The position numbers were made by a program, and so were the translations under genes. A DNA stretch of 64,000 nucleotides from an uncultured Candidatus Binatia bacterium (lineage in GTDB: Bacteria; Desulfobacterota; Binatia; Bin18). This document shows, piece by piece, positions 40,443 through 50,551 of this stretch (position 1 is the stretch's first letter; every line of letters begins with the position of its first letter). The stretch is taken from NCBI GenBank assembly GCA_965242795.1, contig OZ251505.1, forward strand, positions 431,133 through 495,132, given 5' to 3'. The notes beneath the pieces were generated by a model. It was not told the DNA's origin, did not search any database, and saw only the letters and a list, made by a program, of their open reading frames with translations.

Positions 40443-41677
40443 TGGGCGCCAAGCAGGCAGGCAATAGGGCCGACCGGTTCCGGCGGTGGTTCGGCGCAGC
40501 CGCGACATGGCTCATCTTGGCCGCGGGGGCGGGCGCCGAAGAACCGACCCTGTCGAAAAAGGTGTATGACCAGATCACCGGCGCCCAGACGTTGATGGAG
40601 CAGGAGCAGCACCCGCAGGCCGTGTCGCAATTGCGCGCGCTGCTGCAAGACGGCGACCTGAGCCCGTACGAGACCGCGATGCTCAACCAGACGCTCGGCT
40701 ATGCGTACGCGGCGCAGGAACGGTACGCCGAGTCGGCCGCGGCGTTCCGCAAAAGCCTCGACACCGGCGCGCTGCCGGAGGAGAGCGCGCAGATCGTCCG
40801 CTACAACATGGCGCAGATTCTGATCGCCGCGGAGCACTATGCGGACGGGGCCGCCATCCTCGAAGACTGGCTGGCCACGGGAACCGAAGCCGAGCCGCGC
40901 GCGCGGGTCCTGCTGGCCCAAGCCTATACCCAACTCGAGCAGTACGACCGGGCCGAACGGCATCTTTTGCAGGCGATCTCCCAGGCAACGACGTTCCAGG
41001 AGCCCTGGCACCGGCTGCTCGTCTCGACCTACGTCGAACAGGAAAAATTCTCCGAAGCCGCCGGGGTGTTACGGCGACTGCTGGGGCACTTTCCGGCAAA
41101 GAAGACCTACTGGATGCAACTCTCGCAGACGTACTCCGGGGCCGAACAGCACGAGCGGGCCGCGTCCACGCTGGCAATGGCGTACAAACAGGGGCTGCTG
41201 CGAGAACGCGAAGCCCTGCAAATCGTCAGCTACTATCTGCATCTCGGCCTGCCCTACAAAGCCGCGGAACTGCTGGCGGACGGGCTGACACGCGGCCTCA
41301 TCGAGGACTCCGACGAACACCAGGAATTGCTCGTCACCTGCTGGCTGCACGCCAGGGAGTATCAACGCGCCCTGGACGTCCTCGAACGGAAGGCCAAAAC
41401 CGCAGAGACGGGCGAGGCCGACATCAGACGCGCGGAAATCCTCGTCCAGTTGGAACGCTGGCCCGAGGCTGCGGCCAGCGCGTCATCAGGGATCGGCAAG
41501 GGCGGGATCGAGGAGCCGGGCAACGCCCATCTTCTGCTGGGCATTGCCGAATATCAGGCCGGCAAGCTGGACGAGAGCACCGAAGCGTTCAACACGGCGA
41601 CCTCCTACAAACCCGTCGCCAAACGGGCGCGGCAATGGCTGATGCTCCTGAAGCGGGAACAGGAGAAGCAACTCTAG
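40442..41677 (+). CDS. TPR-repeat protein (TtpD-like, last gene of the TonB2-type cluster)
   Basis: Multiple TPR-like A/Y/L-rich repeats and a signal peptide. The start overlaps the tonB stop. Confidence 0.7.
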   Translation: MGAKQAGNRADRFRRWFGAAATWLILAAGAGAEEPTLSKKVYDQITGAQTLMEQEQHPQAVSQLRALLQDGDLSPYETAMLNQTLGYAYAAQERYAESAAAFRKSLDTGALPEESAQIVRYNMAQILIAAEHYADGAAILEDWLATGTEAEPRARVLLAQAYTQLEQYDRAERHLLQAISQATTFQEPWHRLLVSTYVEQEKFSEAAGVLRRLLGHFPAKKTYWMQLSQTYSGAEQHERAASTLAMAYKQGLLREREALQIVSYYLHLGLPYKAAELLADGLTRGLIEDSDEHQELLVTCWLHAREYQRALDVLERKAKTAETGEADIRRAEILVQLERWPEAAASASSGIGKGGIEEPGNAHLLLGIAEYQAGKLDESTEAFNTATSYKPVAKRARQWLMLLKREQEKQL

Positions 41678-42217
41678 TCCCCCGCTCCTCCTCCCGACAC
41701 CCAATAAGACCCGAAGCAAAAACGGGGTGGGGCTCGATTCGAAATTTTCCCCCCTCCTCCGTCCGGACCCCCTGCCCCAGATCATGTCCGGGGCAGGCTC
41801 CAGCCCTTCCCCGGTGGTCCCTGAGCCTGTCGATGAGGGGATGAGGAAAAATGAACAGCAGGATCCTCTCCCCGGGAGAGATGTGTTGGGGTGAGAGTTC
41901 CCGCCCGCAGCAGAGATTTCCTCAAATGGAAAGAAACCTCTTCAAACCAAGATTAAGAACGGTACCGACCGACATTCCGCATTCAGAGTGAGGCGGTAGT
42001 CTATACCGCGCTGCCTGCCTGACCCAATCGTTGTTCGGAGATTCTCACCGCTGCCGGTCAGTTCATCGGCAATCCGGGTGCACACGACCTGGGAAAAGTC
42101 GAATCTCGACCGATCTCTCCGTTGATGGAGGCGTTTGGATGAATGCTGCTGGAACAGCGGATGGATGGATTGCGGCGTATTCGGCCTCATCGGAAACTCG
42201 CAACCAGGGGGGGGGTG

Positions 42218-44221
42218 ATGGCTAACCAGGAGTGGACGCGTTTGCCAGCACCGCCTCTCGTCCTGTTGTTCCTGGCACTGACGACGATGTTCCTCTTCGG
42301 GGGCGACCGAGGCTACTTATATCGGCCTGCCGGTGACGAGCACCTAACGTGGAATCACATGACGGTAGCCGAAAATTTGGCGCCGGAGCATTACTTCCTC
42401 GGCTTCTACAAGCGGATCCTGGACACCGACGGCACCCCCTCCTACGAGCCGTACAACCGCTTCCCCGTGGGCGGCCACATCTTGATCAAACTCGTCACGC
42501 TCCCCTTCTCCGACGACCTGTCGGCCCGGCTGTTCGCTGCAAGGATGTTGATGCTGACGTTCGCTACCGCCGCCGCAACACTCGCCTACCTCGCCTTGTG
42601 CCGGCTGGTGGGCAACCGCTGGACGGCGCTGACGGCCACCCTGCTGGCGTTCTCCTCGTACTACGCTCTCTACTACAACGACATGGTCGCCACGGAGGGA
42701 GTCGTCGACCTGTTCGGCGTCCTGCTGGTCTTTCACGGCATGGCGGTGGCCGCCACCGAGAACCGACACGGGCAACTGCTGGCGAAGACGTGCGTGGCCC
42801 TGCTGCTGGGGTGGCACGTCTATGCGATCATAGGACCTTTCGTGCTGTTCGGGCTGGTGGCCGCATGGCGCCGCCGGGAGGGAGAGGCTATCCGGCGCCA
42901 TGTGAAGTTGGGAATAGTTGCCGTGCTGTTCGGTTCAATGGTCCTTTCCGTCAATTTTATGAGAGAGTCCATTGCACTGGACGTTAAGGTGTCAGCGGCG
43001 GAAGAATTGCCTTCCACGAGGTCAATGCTGCGCCGCATCGGTATATTACGGTTCTCTGGTATGCCTAGGTTCAACTGGCTGAAGGAGGCCAGACAAGGGT
43101 TAGAGGATATCGGTCGTGCGTCGGTCCCTTACGCCCTCAGTTACTTCATCGGCGACGACATTTGCGGCCTGGACGATTCTGTCGGCAGGAAGACGTATCG
43201 CATACTTGGCATCGTCGTCGTTCTGTCCGTCCTGCTTCTCCTGTTTTCACCTGCCACTCGCTACCGGGTCCCACTGGCGGCGCTCGTCGTGTCCCGACCT
43301 TGTTGGCTAGTCGTCGTGCCCTACAACTATGAGCTGGCATTCGAAAGGTTGTTCTACGTTGGCCTCCTGCTTGTGCTGTTCACACTGACGCTGACACACC
43401 TCGATCGCTTGGGCCGAGGGAGGGGGAATGTCTCGGTACTCGCAGGCGTCGCCTCGGTACCGATATTCGCATTGTCGAGTCTTCTCATGGCTGGGATCAA
43501 CCAGGACCCCGAACGCGCCACACGGGAAAGGACTTTGACCGCCGACATCGAATCTATCCGCAAATTAGCGAAAGGGAAAACGATCTTCCTCGGGGAGAAT
43601 AACGCGACGAAGCTTTGGTACTACCGTCAAAAGTTCTACTTCACGGACAGCATCTTCGTGTCCTCCGCCCACAGACACCTTGCCGACTTCATCGTGGCGG
43701 AACGGTTCGCGGGCGTCCGCTCCCTGACCCCCGACAACCGATTGGTGTTCCTCTACGAGACCGCCGACTATGCCGCCGGTATGGCCGCCGCCTTGATTTC
43801 GTACAAGCAGTCCGTGAGGCATAACACCCCGGTCGTACAATCCTCTGACTACGCCGTTTACTTTATCAAAGGGGAACGGAACCAGGGAAATAAACTGCTT
43901 TACCTCCGCGCCGACTGCCCGGCGACGCTGTTCCAGCAGCCCTGGGCGCGCTTCTTCCTACACGTGATTCCCGTGGACCCGACCGACCTTCATAAAGACA
44001 GAGAACAACGGTACGGGTTCGCCAATCTGGACTTCACTATCAACTGGTATTGGCCCGTAGAAGGCGAGTGCTACGTCGTGCGGCGTTTGCCGGGTTACGG
44101 AATCGCTGAGATCCGCACCGGACAGTTCAGAGGACGCAAAGGTGGGTATGAAACACTCTGGGGGGGGCGCTTCTCACCGGCAGCGGACGGGGATCAGCGT
44201 TCTTCACGACCTGCACCTTGA
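42218..44221 (+). CDS. Large polytopic membrane protein, possibly a GT-C-fold glycosyltransferase (ArnT/PMT-like)
   Basis: >10 predicted TM helices, a DE dipeptide after TM1 (RPAGDEHLTW) and a long C-terminal soluble domain. GC is lower (~58%). GGGGGGGTG RBS. Confidence 0.5.
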   Translation: MANQEWTRLPAPPLVLLFLALTTMFLFGGDRGYLYRPAGDEHLTWNHMTVAENLAPEHYFLGFYKRILDTDGTPSYEPYNRFPVGGHILIKLVTLPFSDDLSARLFAARMLMLTFATAAATLAYLALCRLVGNRWTALTATLLAFSSYYALYYNDMVATEGVVDLFGVLLVFHGMAVAATENRHGQLLAKTCVALLLGWHVYAIIGPFVLFGLVAAWRRREGEAIRRHVKLGIVAVLFGSMVLSVNFMRESIALDVKVSAAEELPSTRSMLRRIGILRFSGMPRFNWLKEARQGLEDIGRASVPYALSYFIGDDICGLDDSVGRKTYRILGIVVVLSVLLLLFSPATRYRVPLAALVVSRPCWLVVVPYNYELAFERLFYVGLLLVLFTLTLTHLDRLGRGRGNVSVLAGVASVPIFALSSLLMAGINQDPERATRERTLTADIESIRKLAKGKTIFLGENNATKLWYYRQKFYFTDSIFVSSAHRHLADFIVAERFAGVRSLTPDNRLVFLYETADYAAGMAAALISYKQSVRHNTPVVQSSDYAVYFIKGERNQGNKLLYLRADCPATLFQQPWARFFLHVIPVDPTDLHKDREQRYGFANLDFTINWYWPVEGECYVVRRLPGYGIAEIRTGQFRGRKGGYETLWGGRFSPAADGDQRSSRPAP

Positions 44222-44504
44222 GCATTCTTTCCCGGCTCCGAATGCCGCGTGACAAGCGATTAACGGCTCGACTACCCTCAGCCTCCAGCCATCAAGAGCA
44301 AAGATGTTAGGGGCTGCGATGACTTCTATTCCTGAAGCGGGAGTGGGAGCACTCCGGCTCCAGCTTGCCGTTACGCCCATCTGAAACGGCATATCGGCTC
44401 GTCTTTTCTTCTTTCCGATGCAGAGGGGAATGCACAAATCATCCTTATACTTCTCCTCTTTTTTCTTCTCTCCTCGGAAGAGACAAGAAGCGTCGGGGAG
44501 ACAT

Positions 44505-44881
44505 TCAACCCGCCGTCCCGGCGGCGTCTGAATCTTGGGACGCCAGTTCGATGAGGTCGGCGGCGGCCATCTCGTCGAGCAAGACCCCCACGTCGTGCAG
44601 ACAGGTTTCCTCGTCGACCTCGAACTCCTCGCACAACGCCTTCGTCAGTGCGCCCACCGTCTCCAGGCACCCCCCTCGTCGATGAGTCGCCACGTTACGA
44701 TGCCGGTCTCCTTCAGGCCGTAGAACCGGCCCTCCCCGACATCCATGAAGACCAGTTCGCCGTCCACCTCCGCGTCGACGAACTTGTCGATGGTGCGCCG
44801 CGCGCGGGTCGTTGAGCATGGCGACGCTCTGCCCAACCTCTCCGTGGCCGGCGTAGTGTACCCTGGAGACCGCCACATCAA
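44505..44881 (-). pseudogene. PqqD-like (RiPP recognition element) gene disrupted by a frameshift
   Basis: N-terminal half DGELVFMDVGEGRFYGLKETGIVTWRLIDEGG (frame of 44645-44881) and C-terminal half LTKALCEEFEVDEETCLHDVGVLLDEMAAADLIEL (frame of 44505-45191) lie in different frames. Confidence 0.5.
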
Positions 44882-45260
44882 GCGGATTACGCACGAGGTA
44901 GCTGGCGCCGACGGTCACGTCGTCGGGAAACAGTGGCTCCGCGGCCCCGTTGCCGAGGAATGCGTCGTAGATGCGGCAGAACAGCGCCCTGCCGGCAGGC
45001 GCGGGCTGCGCCGCGTGTGCCCGGTACACGGCCGGGCGCAGCAGGTCGGCTTCTGCGTCCGTACAACACCCCGACGGAACGTCCGTCCAATCGTCGAATT
45101 CGCTCCAACCGTACAAACCGGAGCCGATACGCGCACTCACCTCGCCGAAGGAAACGGCGGCGTCCGCGTCGGTCAGAAAATTCGCGAGCAACGTGCGCAG
45201 CCAGGAGTTGCCGGAGCGCGGCTACGAGGCCAGCCACACGATACGCCGCCGGCCGGTCGT
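44790..45260 (-). pseudogene. Sulfotransferase-family gene remnant with an in-frame TAG and 3' truncation
   Basis: Minus-strand translation reads RRRIVWLAS*PRSGNSWLRTLLANFL... (5'-PSB loop with an amber codon where Tyr is expected) ...SYLVRNPLDVAVS (3'-PB motif). It then runs into unrelated sequence and the PqqD fragment. Confidence 0.5.
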
Positions 45261-45659
45261 CGGGCGGGCTGCAGCGGCTCCCCCGCCCGGCGACGTTCGG
45301 GCATCACGCATCCTCAGATGGGGTTGCACAATATCCTGATCCGCCCTTCCCGACAGGATCTCGCGCTCCGGAAGTACGGTCCGATGCTGTAGACGCGGAT
45401 ACGCTCGACCAGGCGCGTGTGGCGGGCGAACTCTGGATGGATGGGACTGCGTGGGCACAAGGCCCGGTGGTCGTTGCCGCGACCGAAGACCCGGCGGGGC
45501 CGCGGGGGCAGGAAAGGCCGTATGCGAGAGGGCGCAGTAGTCCGAGCCGTCCCGATGTCGCCTCGCGCCATAACGTCGGCCATCAGCTCGTCAAGTTCAG
45601 TCGGGTGGATCTCAATAGAACCCACTGCCATTCCCCGGCGATATTGGTGAATATACCGG

Positions 45660-46721
45660 CTAGGACACGGACAGTTCCATCTCACCGACGAACCTGCTGA
45701 CCGGCACGCCTTTCGTCAAGACTAGGACGACACGTCCCTGGCCCTGGTGAACGCGACGTAGAAGAACCTGCGCTCTGCCTTGATGTCGCGTGGCGTCTCG
45801 GCGCGTTTGTACCACCACATTCTCGTTGACGTCGAGCAGGATGACCGTGTCGAACTCCTTGCCCTTGGCCCGTGTCGCCGTCATGAGGTGGAGTGGCCTG
45901 TCTTTGCAATCTCGTCGCCTTCGTCGCCAAACCCATGGTAGTGCGCAGACTGTTCTTGGCGTCGTCGAGTCGCTCAATCAGATCGTCGGCCGACATCCCT
46001 TCGCTTTCCGCCATGTCGGCCAGTTACTTGAGCGGTGGGTCCGCGAACCAGACGTCATCCTCGGCTTTCTCGAAGTCGAATCTCAGGCCGGAAAATCCAT
46101 CCGAGATCGATCTGACGGCCCCGGCCACGGTGTCGGCCATGATGAAGTCGCCTGCCGCGTTCGCTAACTGGGCTGGCGTCTTGCCGCTGAGCTTCGGTCC
46201 ACTATACGAGGCCATTCTACACACCGCATCCGTCGTCGTCTTCGCGCCGAGAGCCTAGAAGTATTTGCTGACGCTCGCTTCGTCTTTTCTGCTGAAGGGG
46301 AAACGCTTCACGCGGCTGAGCACCTCCATCGCATCGTTGAGGGCGCGCGGCGACCGCTGACGCTCGTCCCGGCGCTCCCAGACCTCGATCAGCGCCATCA
46401 AATGACTGAAAGCCTCAGCAGACTGGGTTGTCGGACCTCGCTTCGGAGGCGGCGGTAACTGTAGGCATTGAGCGTACGCACTGTCACAGAGTCCCACAGG
46501 GGATCGAAATCGCGGTCAACCGCGAGGCGAGATTCAGCTTCTAGTTCAGCGGCCTTCGTGAAAGTGACGAGGAGGAACCATTCGTTGTGCGCCGCCTGCT
46601 CGGCCAGATGGAGGCAACGGTAGAGAAGAGCGTTGGTCTTGCCGCAGCTCGCCGGGGCGAGGACACGGACGTGGCGGGCGTCGGATTCGCAGAACCTTCG
46701 TTGCGATTCGTCGAGTTTCAT
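45660..46721 (-). pseudogene. UvrD/Rep-like SF1 helicase gene, internally deleted and split across 4 or more frames
   Basis: N-terminal piece LDESQRRF...VLAPASCGKTNALLYR...LLVTFTKAAELE (Walker A and motif Ia) at 46398-46721; C-terminal piece MTATRAKGKEFDTVILLD (motif VI-like) at 45660-45977; intervening short ORFs. The ~1.06 kb total is too short for an intact helicase. Confidence 0.5.
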
Positions 46722-46914
46722 GCGGCATGTTCTCCTAATCGATTCCGTTGGCGCTCGGGGTGGACGTCGTGGTTCAGGGGCTGGGCATAGCGCAGGAAAG
46801 CGCCGGAGTAGTTAGGACCGGCCGACCATCAAAGCCTCCCAAGAGTCGAAAGTCCGTGTGGTGTTACAGTCGAAACTTCCCCGTTAGATCTGCTTCTTCG
46901 GATCACTTCCGGGA

Positions 46915-47306
46915 TGGCCCCACCCCGCTCCTACCGAGGGGAAAATGGGAAGAAGAAGCCGGTGGGGAGGAGGGCAAAGCGATTCTTTCCCGTCCGCCCT
47001 TTCTTGATATTTTCTCCCCTGCATAATGCAGAGATGGGATTTCGCGCTCCGGGGAATTTTCAACATACGCGGGGACAGGACGCGACATGGGCCTGGAGGA
47101 AAATATCGACCGACTCGAAGACCTGAACCGCCAATCGCTCCAAGGTGGCGGGGATACCCGCATCGCGCGTCAGCACGAATTGGGCAAGAAGACCGCTGGC
47201 GAGCGGGTCAGGGCGTTTATGGACCCGGGCGACTTCATGGAACTGGACCGGCTCAAGACCCACCGCTGTAGCGACTTCGACATGGCCGAGACGAAAATCC
47301 CGGGCG
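46915..47306 (+). repeat. Direct repeat DR-L: diverged copy of the promoter and first ~73 codons of the acyl-CoA carboxylase beta gene (contains truncated ORF 47087-47306)
   Basis: Aligns with 48745-49146. Identity is ~85% over most of the length but 68/69 in the last ~70 bp before the junction at 47306. Confidence 0.8.
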
Positions 47307-47397
47307 GATTCAATACTGCGCCTTCCCCCTTCGTCAGGATCGGGGTCTAGTAGATCATTCCCTATGAAACGTATCTCTGGGACAGGGAGGGACGACG

Positions 47398-48603
47398 ATG
47401 GAATGGCCTGACGTCGAGCGGCGCATCGCCGCCGGAGAAGACGCCCGTACCGAGTTCAAACGCGGGAGCGGCGACTTGCGGGGCATCGGCAAGTCGCTCT
47501 GTGCGTTTGCGAATGGCGATGGCGGCCTGATCGTGATCGGCGTTGACGACGCCACCAGGACAGTAGTCGGAATGGACGCAGACCCCGAGGCGGTGCAGGA
47601 ACAGTTGACGAGCCTGCTGTATACCGGCTGCGGCAAGCCGGTCACTGCACAGTGTGGACGGCACGACACCGGCTCCGGGTGGGTCCATTGGATCGACGTA
47701 CATCGCCATCAACGGGGCTACGAGCCATTCGCGTATGGCGGCCGGTTCTGGGTTCGGCGTGGTCGGGCGACGGTCGCGCCGTCTCCGTCCGAGCTGCAGG
47801 AGTTGATGAATGCCTTCGGGTTCGTCCTCACCGAGCAACAGGTCGTGTCGTCGGCGACCGTTGATGACATCGACTTCGGCGCCGTGCGAACCTTCATGCA
47901 GGCGCAGGGGATGGAGACCGATCTGGAGCCGCAACCAACGCACGAGGCCGATTTGCGCAGCGCCAGTATCGTCGACGAACTCGACGGCGTCCTTCGCCCC
48001 ACGCTGTACGGGCTGATGGTGTTCGGGCGCGACCCGCAGGCGTTCCCGCAGACCGGAAGCCTGTTCGTGCAATGCGCCGCGTATGCCGGCGCCGACCAGG
48101 CGTCCGACGTGCTGAGTGCAGGAGAGGGAAAGGGACGCCTGGAAGATCAGGTGCATCGGGCGATGGGATGGTTCCGCAGCTTGGGCCGACGCGAGGTCTA
48201 TCACGGGCTCTATCGCCGGGACGTTCCACCGCTGCCGGAGGTCGCGCTGCGCGAAGCCCTCGTCAACGCGGTCATCCATCGGGATTACGCCGTTACCGGA
48301 TCCCAAGTCCTGCTGGAGGCGTTCGACGACCGTATCGTGGTGACCAGCCCCGGCACCTTACCCAACCACATGACGGTCGAGCAGGCACGGATGGGCGGCG
48401 CGCCGCGGTCCCGCAATGAGATGATGGCGAACGCGCTGGTCGGGCGCGGACTCATGGAGCGGCGCGGGCGGGGCTGGCTGACGATGCGCCACGCCATGCG
48501 ACGCTTCAACGGAACCGAACCGACGCTGACCAACGACGAGCGCAACCGATTCGTGCGAGTGACGTTCCGTCTGGAGCCGGATTCACCCGGGAACGGTGCG
48601 TGA
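47398..48603 (+). CDS. Schlafen/AlbA_2-like DNA-binding domain plus HATPase_c_4 (divergent ATPase) protein; sole gene of the insert between DR-L and DR-R
   Basis: N-terminal EDARTEFKRGSGDLRGIGKSLCAFANGDGGLIVIGVDD (AlbA_2/Schlafen box). C-terminal EALVNAVIHRDYAVTGSQVLLEAFDDRIVVTSPGTL (HATPase_c_4 signature). GGGAGGGA RBS. Confidence 0.7.
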   Translation: MEWPDVERRIAAGEDARTEFKRGSGDLRGIGKSLCAFANGDGGLIVIGVDDATRTVVGMDADPEAVQEQLTSLLYTGCGKPVTAQCGRHDTGSGWVHWIDVHRHQRGYEPFAYGGRFWVRRGRATVAPSPSELQELMNAFGFVLTEQQVVSSATVDDIDFGAVRTFMQAQGMETDLEPQPTHEADLRSASIVDELDGVLRPTLYGLMVFGRDPQAFPQTGSLFVQCAAYAGADQASDVLSAGEGKGRLEDQVHRAMGWFRSLGRREVYHGLYRRDVPPLPEVALREALVNAVIHRDYAVTGSQVLLEAFDDRIVVTSPGTLPNHMTVEQARMGGAPRSRNEMMANALVGRGLMERRGRGWLTMRHAMRRFNGTEPTLTNDERNRFVRVTFRLEPDSPGNGA

Positions 48604-48744
48604 GCCGGAGAAAAGACGATTCCTCACCCTCCCGGCTGAAAGACATGCGGTCCCTCCATCCCTCATCGTGGGAGTTCGTTTCACGGAGCACCCGTCGCGA
48701 CACCCTTCGGCAGGCTCGGGGACCTGTCTCAATGGGCTGATCCC

Positions 48745-49146
48745 CCACCCTATCGGCCGGTCCCATTGCGAGCCGCGGGAAGGGGGAAGAATGGCAAGAA
48801 CCTAAGATAGAGACTGGCACACCGCGTCCTTCCCGCCCCTTTCTTGATATTTTCTCCCCTGCGTAATACAAAGCCGGGATTCCGCACTCCGGGGAATTCT
48901 CAGCACGTGTGGGGACAGGACACGACATGGGCCTGAAGGAGAACATCGACCGACTCGAAAGCCTGAACCGCCAAGCGCTCCAAGGCGGCGGGGAAGCCCG
49001 CGTCGCGCGGCAGCACGAACTGGGCAAGAAGACCGCGCGCGAGCGGGTCGAGGCGTTTCTGGACCCCGGCAGCTTCGTGGAACTGGACCGGCTCAAGACC
49101 CACCGCTGTACCGACTTCGACATGGCCGAGACGAAAATCCCGGGCG
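48745..49146 (+). repeat. Direct repeat DR-R (promoter and 5' end of the intact carboxyltransferase gene)
   Basis: Partner of DR-L. The near-identical ~70 bp core GTGGAACTGGACCGGCTCAAGACCCACCGCTGTACCGACTTCGACATGGCCGAGACGAAAATCCCGGGCG ends at 49146. Confidence 0.8.
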
Positions 49147-50477
49147 ACGGGGTGGTGACCGGCTACGGCTTGGTGGACGGGCGCCGAGTCTATGTGTTCT
49201 CCCAGGACTTCACGGTGTTCGGCGGCAGCCTGTCCAGCGCGTTCTCGGAAAAGGTCTGCAAGGTCATGGACCTCGCCATGAAGACGGGCTGCCCGGTGAT
49301 CGGCCTCAACGATTCGGGCGGCGCGCGCATCCAGGAAGGCGTGGACAGCCTCGCGGGCTACGGCGAGATTTTCCTGCGCAACGTGCAGGGATCGGGCGTC
49401 GTGCCGCAAATCTCCGCGATCATGGGGCCGTGCGCCGGGGGCGCCGTGTATTCGCCGGCGATTACCGACTTCATCTTCATGGTCGAAAATTCCAGCTACA
49501 TGTTCATCACCGGGCCGGACGTGATCCGCACCGTCACGCACGAAGAAGTCACCATGCAGGAGTTGGGCGGCGCGGCCACGCACAACGCGACCAGCGGCGT
49601 GGCCCACTTCGCCTCGCCCACCGAGGACGAATGTTTCCACTCGATCCGCGAACTGCTGAGCTACCTGCCCGGCAACAACCTGGAAGACCCGCCGTTCCAT
49701 CCGACGACGGACGACCCCAACCGGCGTGACGAACAGCTCGACGTCGTCGTACCCGACAATCCGAACCGGCCGTACGACGTGACCGACATCATCCGCTCGG
49801 TGGCCGACGAAAACCACTTCTTCGAGGTCCACAAGGACTACGCGCGAAACATCGTCGTCGGGTTCGCGCGGCTCGGGGGCCGGCCGGTGGGCATCGTGGC
49901 CAACCAGCCCGCCTTCCTGGCCGGCGTGCTGGACATCGACGCGTCGGTCAAAGGCGGGCGGTTCGTGCGGTTCTGCGACTGTTTCAACATTCCGATCGTC
50001 AGCTTCGTCGACGTGCCGGGCTTTCTGCCGGGCACGTCGCAGGAGTACGGCGGGATCATCCGCCACGGCGCCAAACTGCTGTACGCCTACTGCGAGGCCA
50101 CGGTACCGAAGATCTCGGTCATCACCCGCAAAGCCTACGGCGGGGCGTATGTCGTGATGTCCAGCAAGGCCATCCGCGGCGACGTCAATCTGGCCTATCC
50201 GACCGGGGAAATCGCCGTCATGGGGCCCGAAGGCGCGGTGAACATCATCTTCCGCAACGCCCTCAAGCGGGCCGCGGACGAGGACGCCGAACGCACCAAG
50301 CTGGTCGACGACTACCGCGAGGCGTTCGCCAACCCGTTCAAGGCGGCCGAGTTGGGCTACGTGGACGAGATCATTATGCCCGCGGACACGCGCCCGCGGC
50401 TGATCCAGTCGCTCGCCATGCTCCAGAACAAGCGCGAGCAGAACCCGCCCAAGAAGCACGGCAACATCCCCCTCTAA
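48927..50477 (+). CDS. Acyl-CoA carboxylase carboxyltransferase beta subunit (propionyl-CoA carboxylase beta / methylmalonyl-CoA decarboxylase alpha family)
   Basis: 516 aa with strong carboxyl_trans-domain similarity ([27 protein letters not shown]...[20 protein letters not shown]). Confidence 0.9.
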   Translation: MGLKENIDRLESLNRQALQGGGEARVARQHELGKKTARERVEAFLDPGSFVELDRLKTHRCTDFDMAETKIPGDGVVTGYGLVDGRRVYVFSQDFTVFGGSLSSAFSEKVCKVMDLAMKTGCPVIGLNDSGGARIQEGVDSLAGYGEIFLRNVQGSGVVPQISAIMGPCAGGAVYSPAITDFIFMVENSSYMFITGPDVIRTVTHEEVTMQELGGAATHNATSGVAHFASPTEDECFHSIRELLSYLPGNNLEDPPFHPTTDDPNRRDEQLDVVVPDNPNRPYDVTDIIRSVADENHFFEVHKDYARNIVVGFARLGGRPVGIVANQPAFLAGVLDIDASVKGGRFVRFCDCFNIPIVSFVDVPGFLPGTSQEYGGIIRHGAKLLYAYCEATVPKISVITRKAYGGAYVVMSSKAIRGDVNLAYPTGEIAVMGPEGAVNIIFRNALKRAADEDAERTKLVDDYREAFANPFKAAELGYVDEIIMPADTRPRLIQSLAMLQNKREQNPPKKHGNIPL

Positions 50478-50551
50478 GACGGACCCACCGCGGCGTGAGG
50501 CTTTCGGCCCCGGCTTTCCGCTGCGCGGCGTTCCACGGAACCGAGACGACC

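Noticed and set aside
47087-47350. 87-aa ORF as an independent small gene
   Set aside because: It is a truncated diverged duplicate of the carboxyltransferase N-terminus inside direct repeat DR-L. It was annotated as part of the repeat rather than as a functional gene.
48900-50459. 519-aa antisense ORF over the carboxyltransferase gene
   Set aside because: The plus strand has strong carboxyl-transferase homology.
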